Notes: generated from the sequence alone by a model not told the origin. DNA of 64,000 nt from Vicinamibacterales bacterium (GCA_040081555.1 JBEBGG010000003.1:628-64627), one strand, 5' to 3'; counted from the stretch's first letter, positions 52,816 through 60,590 are shown. Numbers and translations are program-made.

Positions 52816-53388
52816 TTGATGGCCAAGACGTGGATCGCTCGGATGGTGGGGACCCTGTTGGTCTCTGGGTGTGCGGCATCGGTAGGCGCGCAGACGCCAG
52901 CGGCGCCACCCACAGGAAATATCGTCGTTGCCGCGCCGACCTACACGTTCATTCAGTTGGAAGTGGCCGTCAACCGGCCGGCCGCGGAGGTCTGGAAGCG
53001 GGTCGGCAAGTACTGCGATATCGGCGAATGGCTTCGCCTGCCTTGCACGATCACATCCGGCAAGGATGGTCAGCTCGGAGCCGTGCGCACCGTGGGCAAT
53101 GAAGTGCTCGTCGGCATCACCGAGTTCTCGTACACCTACGCCCAGCCGCCACGCGAGGGGCGGCCCTACAACCTCTATCACGGCACGCTCGAGGCTCGGC
53201 CGCTCACGGCCACCACGTCAAAGCTGGTCTACAGCCTGTTCTTCGACAACTCCATGCTGGCCGACGATGCCGCGCGTGCGGCGGACAAGGCGCGGCGCAC
53301 CACGTCGTTCACCAATGCGCTGCAGAACATGAAGATTCTGGCGGAGGGCGGGACGATGCCACCGGCGCCAGCGCCCGCACCACGGTAG
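52816..53388 (+). CDS. SRPBCC/START-fold-like secreted protein
   Basis: Signal peptide. 'VAVNRPAAEVWKRVGKYCDIGEW' is typical of polyketide-cyclase/SRPBCC N-termini. Confidence 0.55.
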   Translation: MMAKTWIARMVGTLLVSGCAASVGAQTPAAPPTGNIVVAAPTYTFIQLEVAVNRPAAEVWKRVGKYCDIGEWLRLPCTITSGKDGQLGAVRTVGNEVLVGITEFSYTYAQPPREGRPYNLYHGTLEARPLTATTSKLVYSLFFDNSMLADDAARAADKARRTTSFTNALQNMKILAEGGTMPPAPAPAPR

Positions 53389-53499
53389 GTGCGTGTGACA
53401 CATCACATCGGTCTATCGTCGTCGACAGCGTCAGAACAAGGGCGGGAGGCGAGGCAGGTTCTCGAGACTGGGAGAGCCGGCCGCGCTGATAGTCCTGCT

Positions 53500-53976
53500 A
53501 TGCTGCGGGCCATGAAAAAACGGTCCTACCTCGCTGCCTTTGTCGCCGTCGCCGCGCTCAGTACTACCTTGCTCGCACAATCGTTCAACGTGCGTCCCGG
53601 CACGTGGGAAGTCACCGTGCAGATGCAGGGCGCCCTGCCCATGCAGGGCCTTCCGCCGGCGCAGCAGGCGCACATGGAAGCCGAGATGCGCAAACCGCGC
53701 ACAACCACGAGCTGCCTGAGCGCCGAGGACATCAAGTCGCTCAATCTCGGCTCGATGGACGAGGACCCGAACTGCAAGACCATCTCGTCGAAGATCGGCG
53801 CCACCGTCGGCGACATCGTCCGTCAGTGCACCGGCGACGATCCGCACACCGAGACCGCGCATTTCGAGGCGACGACGCCGCAGAGCCTCAAGGCGACCAT
53901 GACGTCGAAGGGCGCGCAGGGGACGATGACGATTGCGATGACCGGCCGGTGGATGTCCGCCGACTGCCGCCAGTAG
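53500..53976 (+). CDS. DUF3617-like secreted protein
   Basis: Start at ATG 53500 or 53512 gives a signal peptide. 'VRPGTWEVTVQMQG' and four spaced Cys residues. Confidence 0.55.
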   Translation: MLRAMKKRSYLAAFVAVAALSTTLLAQSFNVRPGTWEVTVQMQGALPMQGLPPAQQAHMEAEMRKPRTTTSCLSAEDIKSLNLGSMDEDPNCKTISSKIGATVGDIVRQCTGDDPHTETAHFEATTPQSLKATMTSKGAQGTMTIAMTGRWMSADCRQ

Positions 53977-53993
53977 TCTGCGTTCACGGCGCC

Positions 53994-54026
53994 GGACGCC
54001 CGCGTCTTCTTGAGGGCGCGGGGTCC
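53994..54026 (+). terminator. GC-rich stem-loop at the core/cassette-array junction
   Basis: GGAC(G)CCCGCG ... CGCGGGGTCC: 10-bp stem with one bulged G and a 12-nt loop, 18 nt after the DUF3617 stop. No U-tract. Confidence 0.4.
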
Positions 54027-54099
54027 ACCCATAGGATGTCGGGCGTTCTAATGTTCCAGCGAACTGCATTTCTCTTGCCGTCCTCTGATCGGAGCGTAC

Positions 54100-54825
54100 A
54101 TGACTCGAAGAATCCGTCGAGATCTCCGCATGCTCAAGGTGTGGGCCTTGCTCAGTACGAGTGTTTCCGCGTGGCTCGGCGCCTCGGCCCTGACCCACGG
54201 CCAGTCTCAGACCACAAAGTTCGACGAACTGAATGTTGAGCGGATCAACATCGTAGAGTCCGATGGACGGGTTCGTTTGGTCCTCTCAAATAGTGCTCGC
54301 CAAGCACAAACGGTGATCGATGGGCGCGTATTGGCGCCAGGTCGGAGCAGGCCTGCCGGCATGATCTTCTTTAACGAAGAAGGCGACGAAGTCGGCGGGG
54401 TGATCTTCAGCGGACTTAAGCAGCCGAACGGGCCGCAGGCGTCGGGCAGCCTGACATTCGACCAGTTCAAGCAAGATCAGACGGTCTCGCTCCACTATGC
54501 CGAGGGCCGGGGCCAACGGAGAGCGGGATTGGCGGTCATCGACCGCCCAAACGCGTCGCTGGCTTCGTATGCACCACTGATTGATCGGAGGCAGGCCGCA
54601 AAGACCGACGAGGAACGTGCCGCGATCGATCGAGAACTTTCGGCGCTGGGTCAGCCAAGTGCGCCGCGGATGTTTGTTGGCAAGGACGTCGATGGAAGAG
54701 CAACCCTCGCGCTTTCGGACGCAACAGGCAAACAGAGGCTCCTCCTGGGCGTCGCCCCGGACGGAAGCGCTAGCATTCGGTTCCTGGACTCTGCCGGCAA
54801 AGTCCTTCGGGAGATCGTGCCGTAG
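54100..54825 (+). CDS. secreted hypothetical protein (cassette 1, gene 1)
   Basis: 241 aa with a signal peptide. Repeated 'DG..R/S..L.L' strand-like motifs. No catalytic motif recognised. Confidence 0.6.
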   Translation: MTRRIRRDLRMLKVWALLSTSVSAWLGASALTHGQSQTTKFDELNVERINIVESDGRVRLVLSNSARQAQTVIDGRVLAPGRSRPAGMIFFNEEGDEVGGVIFSGLKQPNGPQASGSLTFDQFKQDQTVSLHYAEGRGQRRAGLAVIDRPNASLASYAPLIDRRQAAKTDEERAAIDRELSALGQPSAPRMFVGKDVDGRATLALSDATGKQRLLLGVAPDGSASIRFLDSAGKVLREIVP

Positions 54826-54827
54826 TT

Positions 54828-55436
54828 GTGGAATCCAAGATGCCTAACCTGACAGCCAATCTGGTGCTTGAACGCTGTCCCCATTGCTCTGTTGCCAGTC
54901 CGAATCTGCCTAGGCAGCACCATCTTGAAACGCAGGACCATGCCGGCGGCAATAGGCGCACGTGGGCGCTGTATGTGTGCGGCCGTTGTGGCGGCGTGGT
55001 GACGGCCTGCGCGACAGGCCATAGCCAGCTTGTTCAAGCACACTTTCCAGCCACGAAGTCAGTACAGGATGAGGTTCCTGAGAAGCCGCGGGCATTTCTC
55101 CAACAGGCTACAGAGAGCCTACACGCGCCAGCCGGGGCCGTAATGCTGGCCGCAAGTGCGGTTGACGCCATGCTCAAGATAAAGGGGTACTCCGAAGGTA
55201 CCTTGTACTCTCGCATCGAAAGAGCAGCTGCCGAGCACGCCGTTACCGCAGACATGGCAAGGTGGGCTCATGACGTTCGACTCGATGCCAACGACCAACG
55301 TCACGCCGATGAAGGGGCCGGTCTTCCTTCGCGGGCCGACGCGGGCCGCGCAATCGATTTCGCTCTGGCCCTGGCTGAGTTTATGTTCGTGTTACCCAGC
55401 CGCGTTCAGAGAGGCATTCAACAAGCTGCCGGCTAA
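54828..55436 (+). CDS. zinc-ribbon plus DUF4145 domain protein (cassette 1, gene 2)
   Basis: 'CPHCSV...CGRCGG' is a four-Cys ribbon. 'APAGAVMLAASAVDAMLK...WAHDVRLDANDQRH' is DUF4145-like. The TAA stop lies in the attC R'' box. Confidence 0.65.
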   Translation: MESKMPNLTANLVLERCPHCSVASPNLPRQHHLETQDHAGGNRRTWALYVCGRCGGVVTACATGHSQLVQAHFPATKSVQDEVPEKPRAFLQQATESLHAPAGAVMLAASAVDAMLKIKGYSEGTLYSRIERAAAEHAVTADMARWAHDVRLDANDQRHADEGAGLPSRADAGRAIDFALALAEFMFVLPSRVQRGIQQAAG

Positions 55437-55528
55437 TAGGCGCTTGCAGCCCACGAAGGTACGTTGAGCAGCCACCAAGAAATGCTCTAATCGCGCACGC
55501 CTTCGCGCCTGAAGCGCGAACGTTGGGC
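55431..55528 (+). repeat. attC-like site a (degenerate R'' GGCTAAT ... R' GTTGGGC)
   Basis: Shares 'CGCTTGCAGCC' with site e after the R'' box. Ends in GTTGGGCTGACAA, like site h. 98 bp. Confidence 0.55.
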
Positions 55529-55650
55529 TGACAAGATTCCGGACCAGCCTGGCCCGCGGCTTCGTTCGCAAAGGCGAGAATCAAGAAGGCGAAAAGGCCG
55601 GAACCGAAGAGGAAGCCCTAAATAACGTCAGGGATGCACGAGGATTCCAC

Positions 55651-56238
55651 ATGCGCCGCATTGTTGCCGTGCTGGTTCTGGTTGGCTTCGTAGTCGCCAC
55701 ACGCTCAACAGCCGCCCAGCCCCTTGACTCTCGTTTCCTTGCCCGGAAGTTCGTCGCACCCGAAAACGCTCCGTCGATGATCACAATGACGGACATGAAT
55801 GAAGGCGGCGAGCGGATGATCGTGACGGGCCAAGTCACGGACGGGTCCAAGCCGCTGGCAGGCGTATCGATTTACGTGTTTCAGGCCGACGCCAAGGGGC
55901 TATACACGACCGACGGTTTCAACAGTGATGACAGAGCGAGACTGCACGGTGCGATGCGCACCGATGCGACCGGGCGCTACAGGTTTGAAACCATTCGTCC
56001 GGCTGGCTACGGCGCCCCCCAGCCAATGCCCGCGCACGTCCACTACGTCGTCAGGGCGCCGAAAGGGTACAAATCGTTGATGTACCAGTTGTGGTTTGAG
56101 GATGACGCCGCCGTTGCCAAGCTCCGCGCAGATAACTCCCTGTTCAAACTGCCAGATTGGGTGGCCATCCGCCCAATCACACGCGATTCCGACGGCGTCT
56201 GGCACACCACGCGAGACGTGGTGCTGGATCGCGAATGA
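55651..56238 (+). CDS. intradiol ring-cleavage dioxygenase-like protein, secreted (cassette 2)
   Basis: 'VTGQVTDGSKPLAGVSIYVFQADAKGLY', 'GRYRFETIRPAGYG', 'PAHVHYVV'. Confidence 0.7.
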   Translation: MRRIVAVLVLVGFVVATRSTAAQPLDSRFLARKFVAPENAPSMITMTDMNEGGERMIVTGQVTDGSKPLAGVSIYVFQADAKGLYTTDGFNSDDRARLHGAMRTDATGRYRFETIRPAGYGAPQPMPAHVHYVVRAPKGYKSLMYQLWFEDDAAVAKLRADNSLFKLPDWVAIRPITRDSDGVWHTTRDVVLDRE

Positions 56239-56304
56239 CCGGCCTATGATTGGCCCGCAGCCCAACCTGTCTGCCATCCTGATTTCGAACCATGCTCAAA
56301 CAGT

Positions 56305-56365
56305 GCCCTAACCCTTCCCTCAAGCGGACTGGCCTTCGGCCCGCCGCTTAGATCACACGTTAGGC
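56305..56365 (+). repeat. attC-like site b (GCCCTAAC ... GTTAGGC)
   Basis: 61 bp. Arms CTCAAGCGG / CCGCTTAG around GGCCTTCGGCC. The R'' box has one extra C. Confidence 0.6.
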
Positions 56366-56398
56366 GTTCAAGTCACAGGCCAGGATCTGCAGAGCGTA

Positions 56399-57370
56399 AT
56401 GTTCCACACATACCAATTTGACCAACTCCCTCTTGATCGCGAAGTCTTCATGATGGATGAGCGTTGGCGAGCCGATTGGGAATCCGCGCAACAAGAAATG
56501 GTGCAAGGGCGCGGCGACGGGATTGTGGGCTTCATCAGCTATGTCGCTGTTCGGCGCTGCGGTTCTGATTCGGCGTCTCTGTCCTGGTATCCAAACATCA
56601 CAGATCGGTTTCACGAGCTGGGAATCCGATTACCTCGGACCGCCTTTGTGACCTGCGTCTCCGTTCCTGGTTGGGATGTTAAGCCGCATATCTTCGTTAA
56701 CAGTGAATGGCTCAACTCCCTTCACTTTCGTCCCTATACGGCATTCGCTTTGGTAGATGCAATCGGTGTCCGTGCGGCGTTGGCTGCAGGTGCATTGGGT
56801 GGCAAAGCGCTCGTTCGTTTGCGTGACCGAATCGATCAAATCGCATCTGAAAATCCCCAAGTTGCCTTTCTGAGCTTCGCTGACAGCCTGCTCCTAAAGG
56901 TCAACTGGTTTGTGGGGCAGTTCGGTAGCGCCGTGCGATATTCGTACGAGCCAGAGATCCTGGTGCGGCTGCTACCGACCATCGCTGCCGCCTTCGAGAA
57001 AGAGATTGGGCTTCCTGTATACACGGCCATCACACAGGGCGCAAATGAGTACGAAGACAGTGAACTGCTTCATTTCTCGGAACGAAGGAATCACGTATCG
57101 TTGAACAGTCTTGGCTTGCCGTTCGCGCAACTACAGGCGATCGATGGAGCTGCCAGAGCGGCAATCCGCGCGGGAAGGCACCCAAAAGCTGAGCTATACA
57201 TGGATGAGTGCTTCTTCCGGTCGCTGCGCCTTCGCTACGGCTTCGACAAGAAAGCCCTCTCGACAGGCATCTACAAGGCCCCGCTCTCATCCGAGGATGC
57301 GGAGTATGTCTGCGCTGATTGCGCCACAATCCTTGAGAATCTCGATAATGAAAAGTCGCAATCTGCTTGA
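56399..57370 (+). CDS. orphan hypothetical protein with a nucleotidyl-cyclase-like motif pattern (cassette 3)
   Basis: 323 aa, no signal peptide. 'TAFALVDAIGV' (D120) and 'VAFLSFADSLLLKV' (D162) are spaced like the two metal-binding Asp strands of class III cyclase/GGDEF palm folds. This is weak, pattern-only evidence. Confidence 0.55.
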   Translation: MFHTYQFDQLPLDREVFMMDERWRADWESAQQEMVQGRGDGIVGFISYVAVRRCGSDSASLSWYPNITDRFHELGIRLPRTAFVTCVSVPGWDVKPHIFVNSEWLNSLHFRPYTAFALVDAIGVRAALAAGALGGKALVRLRDRIDQIASENPQVAFLSFADSLLLKVNWFVGQFGSAVRYSYEPEILVRLLPTIAAAFEKEIGLPVYTAITQGANEYEDSELLHFSERRNHVSLNSLGLPFAQLQAIDGAARAAIRAGRHPKAELYMDECFFRSLRLRYGFDKKALSTGIYKAPLSSEDAEYVCADCATILENLDNEKSQSA

Positions 57371-57379
57371 GACGGTGAC

Positions 57380-57455
57380 GCCTAACTTGCGTTGCACCAG
57401 ACGGGGGCCAGTGTAGTGATGGGCCGCCGCTGGTGAACGCTGGCATTAGTTGGGC
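57380..57455 (+). repeat. attC-like site c (GCCTAAC ... ATTAGTT/GTTGGGC)
   Basis: Near-identical left arm to sites h and i (TGCGYTGCACCAGACGG). The homologous R' reads ATTAG (G to A), with GTTGGGC 4 nt downstream. Confidence 0.65.
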
Positions 57456-57486
57456 AGACTAAGGGACTTACAGAGCCGCAAGCCTT

Positions 57487-58326
57487 ATGTCGCCAGTCGA
57501 TCCCCTGTTCAGGGCGCGCACCGACAGACTCGTTCGGTCCGGGTACCTGCCGAGCTTTTCAGGCATGGCGCAGGCGATGTGCGCACCCTTCTGGTGGAGC
57601 GTCGGTCCGAAGGGCCGAGCTGAAATTCTTGGCAATGGGACAATTTGCTTCGTCAACACGGGCGGTGCCCACATCGGAGTCACGGCTGACCATGTATTCG
57701 CTGAGTATCTCTCCGCCAAGACAACTCATGCTGACGTTGAGTGCCAGTTCGGCGGGAACACCTTCGCTCCTGAGGGCTACCTCATCGACAGGAGCCCTGA
57801 GACTGAACTGGACCTCGCCACGTTTCGAGTACCTGAGGTCTTCGTAACGGCCAGTCGGGGCCACTATCACCACAATGCGCTGGCGTGGCCGCCGCCAGCA
57901 CCTCGCGATACGGAAGTTGTTCTCTACGGTGGGTATCCGCAAGCCCTCAGGAACCCGGATGGCGGCCAGGTTCACTTCGGGTTCGAGTACTTCATTTCTC
58001 GTGTCAGCTCTACAGAGGAGACTCGCGTCGTGCTGGATCCGGATCTCGCCAACTTGTACTGGCCGGGCCACGACGGTGAAGCGATCAACGTGCAGTGGGG
58101 TGGCATCAGTGGCGGTCCCGTCTACCGGGTAATCGATGCCTCGCCAGGTGCAGAGCCCGTTGACCGTCTGGAGCTTGTCGGCTTTGTCTATCAGCGTTGG
58201 CAGGAGGTCATGCTTGCCAGGCCAGCAGGTCTCGTGAACCTCGACGGAACGATCAATCGGGGCGCCATCGCCGCAACGCCGCCTAACCACGCGCTGGAGC
58301 CGACGCTACCCGGCGGTGTATCGTGA
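57487..58326 (+). CDS. trypsin-like (S1/PA-clan) serine protease, no signal peptide (cassette 4)
   Basis: Triad candidates: 'GVTADHVF' (H69), 'ELDLATFRV' (D109), 'WGGISGGPVY' (S208). The 3' end runs 46 nt into attC site d. Confidence 0.65.
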   Translation: MSPVDPLFRARTDRLVRSGYLPSFSGMAQAMCAPFWWSVGPKGRAEILGNGTICFVNTGGAHIGVTADHVFAEYLSAKTTHADVECQFGGNTFAPEGYLIDRSPETELDLATFRVPEVFVTASRGHYHHNALAWPPPAPRDTEVVLYGGYPQALRNPDGGQVHFGFEYFISRVSSTEETRVVLDPDLANLYWPGHDGEAINVQWGGISGGPVYRVIDASPGAEPVDRLELVGFVYQRWQEVMLARPAGLVNLDGTINRGAIAATPPNHALEPTLPGGVS

Positions 58327-58360
58327 CGCCGCGTAGCGCGGCTCAGCGCTACCGTTAGGC
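58281..58360 (+). repeat. attC-like site d (GCCTAAC ... GTTAGGC)
   Basis: 80 bp. GCGCTGGAGCCGACGC ... GCGCGGCTCAGCGC imperfect dyad. Confidence 0.8.
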
Positions 58361-58389
58361 AGATGACTCTGAACATCATGTAGTGAACC

Positions 58390-59217
58390 ATGGCCCTGGC
58401 AACTGACGATCCGCAGCCGATTCCCGGGTATCGAAACTATCTGGTCTACTGTGATGAGTCCGGCCAGCAGGGCAAGGTGTACTACGGCTTCGGTTCCCTT
58501 TGGATGCCGTGGGAGCGACGGGGTGATTTTACCGGTCTGATCGGGGCGCTGCGCGACAAGCATCGCTACCACCACGAGATCAAGTGGAACAAGATTGACG
58601 ACCGCAACGAAGGGTTCTACCGAGACCTTGTCGAAGAGATCTTTCGCCGCAACTGGCTGATGTTCCACTGCTTGGTAGGCCGCAAAGGCTACATCGACAA
58701 GTCTCTTCACGCCGGCGGATACGACGAGGCATTGCGAAAGCACTTCGCTATGCTGATGCGCAAGAAGATTGGCTTCTTTTCACAAGGCGACCGCCAGAAG
58801 GCGTATCACATTGTGGTCGACAAGATGCCATCAAGCTACGCCAAGGCTGACGAAGCGGCTCACGTCATCGTCAACCACACTTTGAAGCGAGAGATGGGCT
58901 TCACACCCGTCCACACTCTCGTCAGCCGTAACTCGAGAGATTCGGCAGGCATCCAGGCTGCTGACGTGCTGTTGGGCGCTGTGGTGACCGCCTGGAATCA
59001 AGAGAAATCTGGTCCGGCGAAGCAAGGGCTACGCGACTGGGTGGCCGAACATCTAGGCTGGCGGCATCTCAGAGCCGACACTCGCCACTGGGAATGGAAG
59101 TTCAATATTTGGTATTTCCATGCCGATGGCGGGACGAAGCCACGGGAGGCGCGATCTTGGGCACTGAACCTGAAGTATCCCGTTCCACCGTACAACCCGC
59201 GCCGACGCTCTGCCTAA
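58390..59217 (+). CDS. DUF3800 domain protein (cassette 5)
   Basis: N-terminus 'LVYCDESGQQGKVYYGFGSLW' is the DUF3800 hallmark. 'AGIQAADVLLGAV' lies near the C-terminal third. The TAA stop is inside the R'' box. Confidence 0.75.
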   Translation: MALATDDPQPIPGYRNYLVYCDESGQQGKVYYGFGSLWMPWERRGDFTGLIGALRDKHRYHHEIKWNKIDDRNEGFYRDLVEEIFRRNWLMFHCLVGRKGYIDKSLHAGGYDEALRKHFAMLMRKKIGFFSQGDRQKAYHIVVDKMPSSYAKADEAAHVIVNHTLKREMGFTPVHTLVSRNSRDSAGIQAADVLLGAVVTAWNQEKSGPAKQGLRDWVAEHLGWRHLRADTRHWEWKFNIWYFHADGGTKPREARSWALNLKYPVPPYNPRRRSA

Positions 59218-59283
59218 CTCCGCTTGCAGCCGACGGCGGCTGAGGCGATGATGAGCCGCCGCGGCTGATGAGTAGCGTTAGGC
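59212..59283 (+). repeat. attC-like site e (GCCTAAC ... GTTAGGC)
   Basis: 72 bp. GCAGCCGACGGCGGCT / AGCCGCCGCGGCTG arms with an unpaired A. Confidence 0.85.
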
Positions 59284-59293
59284 GGATTGCCTG

Positions 59294-60358
59294 ATGTCTG
59301 ATGAGAATGGAGTGGTGATGAAGCGACGCATGCTTGCCTCATTGGCCACAGTCGTGTGCGCAGCGTCGACCACCAGCTTTGCGCAGGCGCCACCGGCACC
59401 CAACGCCGCCTTCGATGTCTACCTCAGTCAGGAAGCGAGCGTCAGGCTCGAGGATGGCCGAAGTCTCCACCTTGTCTGCATGGGTGCCGGAAGTCCGACC
59501 GTCATTCTCTCCGCGGGGGCCGGCAGCTGGAGCGTCACCTGGGCTAGGGTGCAGGGCGAACTCGCCACACTGACGCGCGCGTGCGCCTGGGACCGTCCGG
59601 GTTTCGGTTTCAGCAGTGCGTCACCGATGCCACAGAACGTGGTCAACACGACCATGGACTTGGAGGCAGCCCTCAGTCGCGGCGGAGTCGAGGGACCATA
59701 TGTCATGGTTGGCCATTCGCTCGGTGGTCACGAGTCACTGATCTTCGCCGACCGACATCGGAGCTCGGTTGCCGGCATGGTGCTTGTAGATCCGGGCATT
59801 CCGGACCACTGGGCGCGTATCGGGCGTTCCGCACCAGCGATTCTGAAGGTAAATCACGAGATTTGGCCGCGGCAGGCCGCCGAGTTGAGGCAGTGCGCTC
59901 GGGTCGTTCGCTTTGAGGCTGATTCGGCCGAGGCAGACCGCTGCCGCCGGATTGGAGTGTCACCGAACTATTCGAAGCCGCTCTCTGACGCGCTGATTCA
60001 ATGGTCCGCGGATCCTGCACGGTTTGAAACACGAGCGTCGCTCGTCGAGAATTCAGAGCTGCACAGCCGGCTCGCGCTGAATCCAGACCGAGACTATGGC
60101 TCGATGCCGCTGATCGTGCTGTCGTCAACGATCCCAGATACCCCGCCGCCGGACCCGCCCGAGCGACGGGCGACGCTGCTCGCCGAGACGCCAAGGGCAA
60201 TGGCGGAAATGTTCAAGGGACACGAGGAGCTCGCCGCTTTGTCGAGAATGGGCGTACATAGGTCGGTACCGGATGTGGGCCACTTTATTCAAACGGCAAA
60301 GCCAGAAGTCGTTACTGCCGCGGTTGCGGAGATTGTTCAGGCCGTGCGCGCGCACTGA
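59294..60358 (+). CDS. secreted alpha/beta hydrolase (cassette 6)
   Basis: Signal peptide from the internal 'MKRRMLASL' (alternative start 59318). Nucleophile elbow 'VGHSLGGH'. C-terminal 'VGHFIQ' His context. Confidence 0.75.
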   Translation: MSDENGVVMKRRMLASLATVVCAASTTSFAQAPPAPNAAFDVYLSQEASVRLEDGRSLHLVCMGAGSPTVILSAGAGSWSVTWARVQGELATLTRACAWDRPGFGFSSASPMPQNVVNTTMDLEAALSRGGVEGPYVMVGHSLGGHESLIFADRHRSSVAGMVLVDPGIPDHWARIGRSAPAILKVNHEIWPRQAAELRQCARVVRFEADSAEADRCRRIGVSPNYSKPLSDALIQWSADPARFETRASLVENSELHSRLALNPDRDYGSMPLIVLSSTIPDTPPPDPPERRATLLAETPRAMAEMFKGHEELAALSRMGVHRSVPDVGHFIQTAKPEVVTAAVAEIVQAVRAH

Positions 60359-60442
60359 GGGGACCAAGGGATCCTTTTCGAAGTGCGCACGTCATTTCCG
60401 TGCACGGACTGACCTATTGCTGGCTCCTCATCTGCAGTTACC

Positions 60443-60525
60443 GCCTAACTTCGTCTGGAGCCGACGCGGCCCGCGTGGAACAATCACCGCGATCCGAGCC
60501 GCGCGGCTCATCTGAATCGTTAGAC
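60443..60525 (+). repeat. attC-like site f (GCCTAAC ... GTTAGAC)
   Basis: 83 bp. CTGGAGCCGACGCGGC ... GCCGCGCGGCTCA imperfect dyad. Confidence 0.8.
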
Positions 60526-60590
60526 CCTCAGTGGGAGATGATCCGGCGCATTGGCCGACCGCACACGCTCTTGGAGCACAGGTTCCGACC

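Noticed and set aside
53994-54051. The bulged hairpin plus GTTCTAA, considered as a tenth (leftmost) attC.
   Set aside because: There is no RYYYAAC-type box at its 5' side and GTTCTAA violates GTTRRRY. It is kept only as a possible terminator or junction relic.
53431-54198. 255-aa minus-strand ORF spanning the array junction, considered as a possible divergent integrase remnant.
   Set aside because: The sequence is an Arg/Gly/Leu-rich shadow of the DUF3617-like gene. No tyrosine-recombinase boxes are recognisable.
56260-56266. GCCCAAC heptamer 45 nt upstream of attC site b, considered as an alternative R'' that would give a 106-bp site.
   Set aside because: The sequence following it does not pair with the arm preceding GTTAGGC. 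The inner GCCCTAAC start gives complementary arms (CTCAAGCGG/CCGCTTAG).
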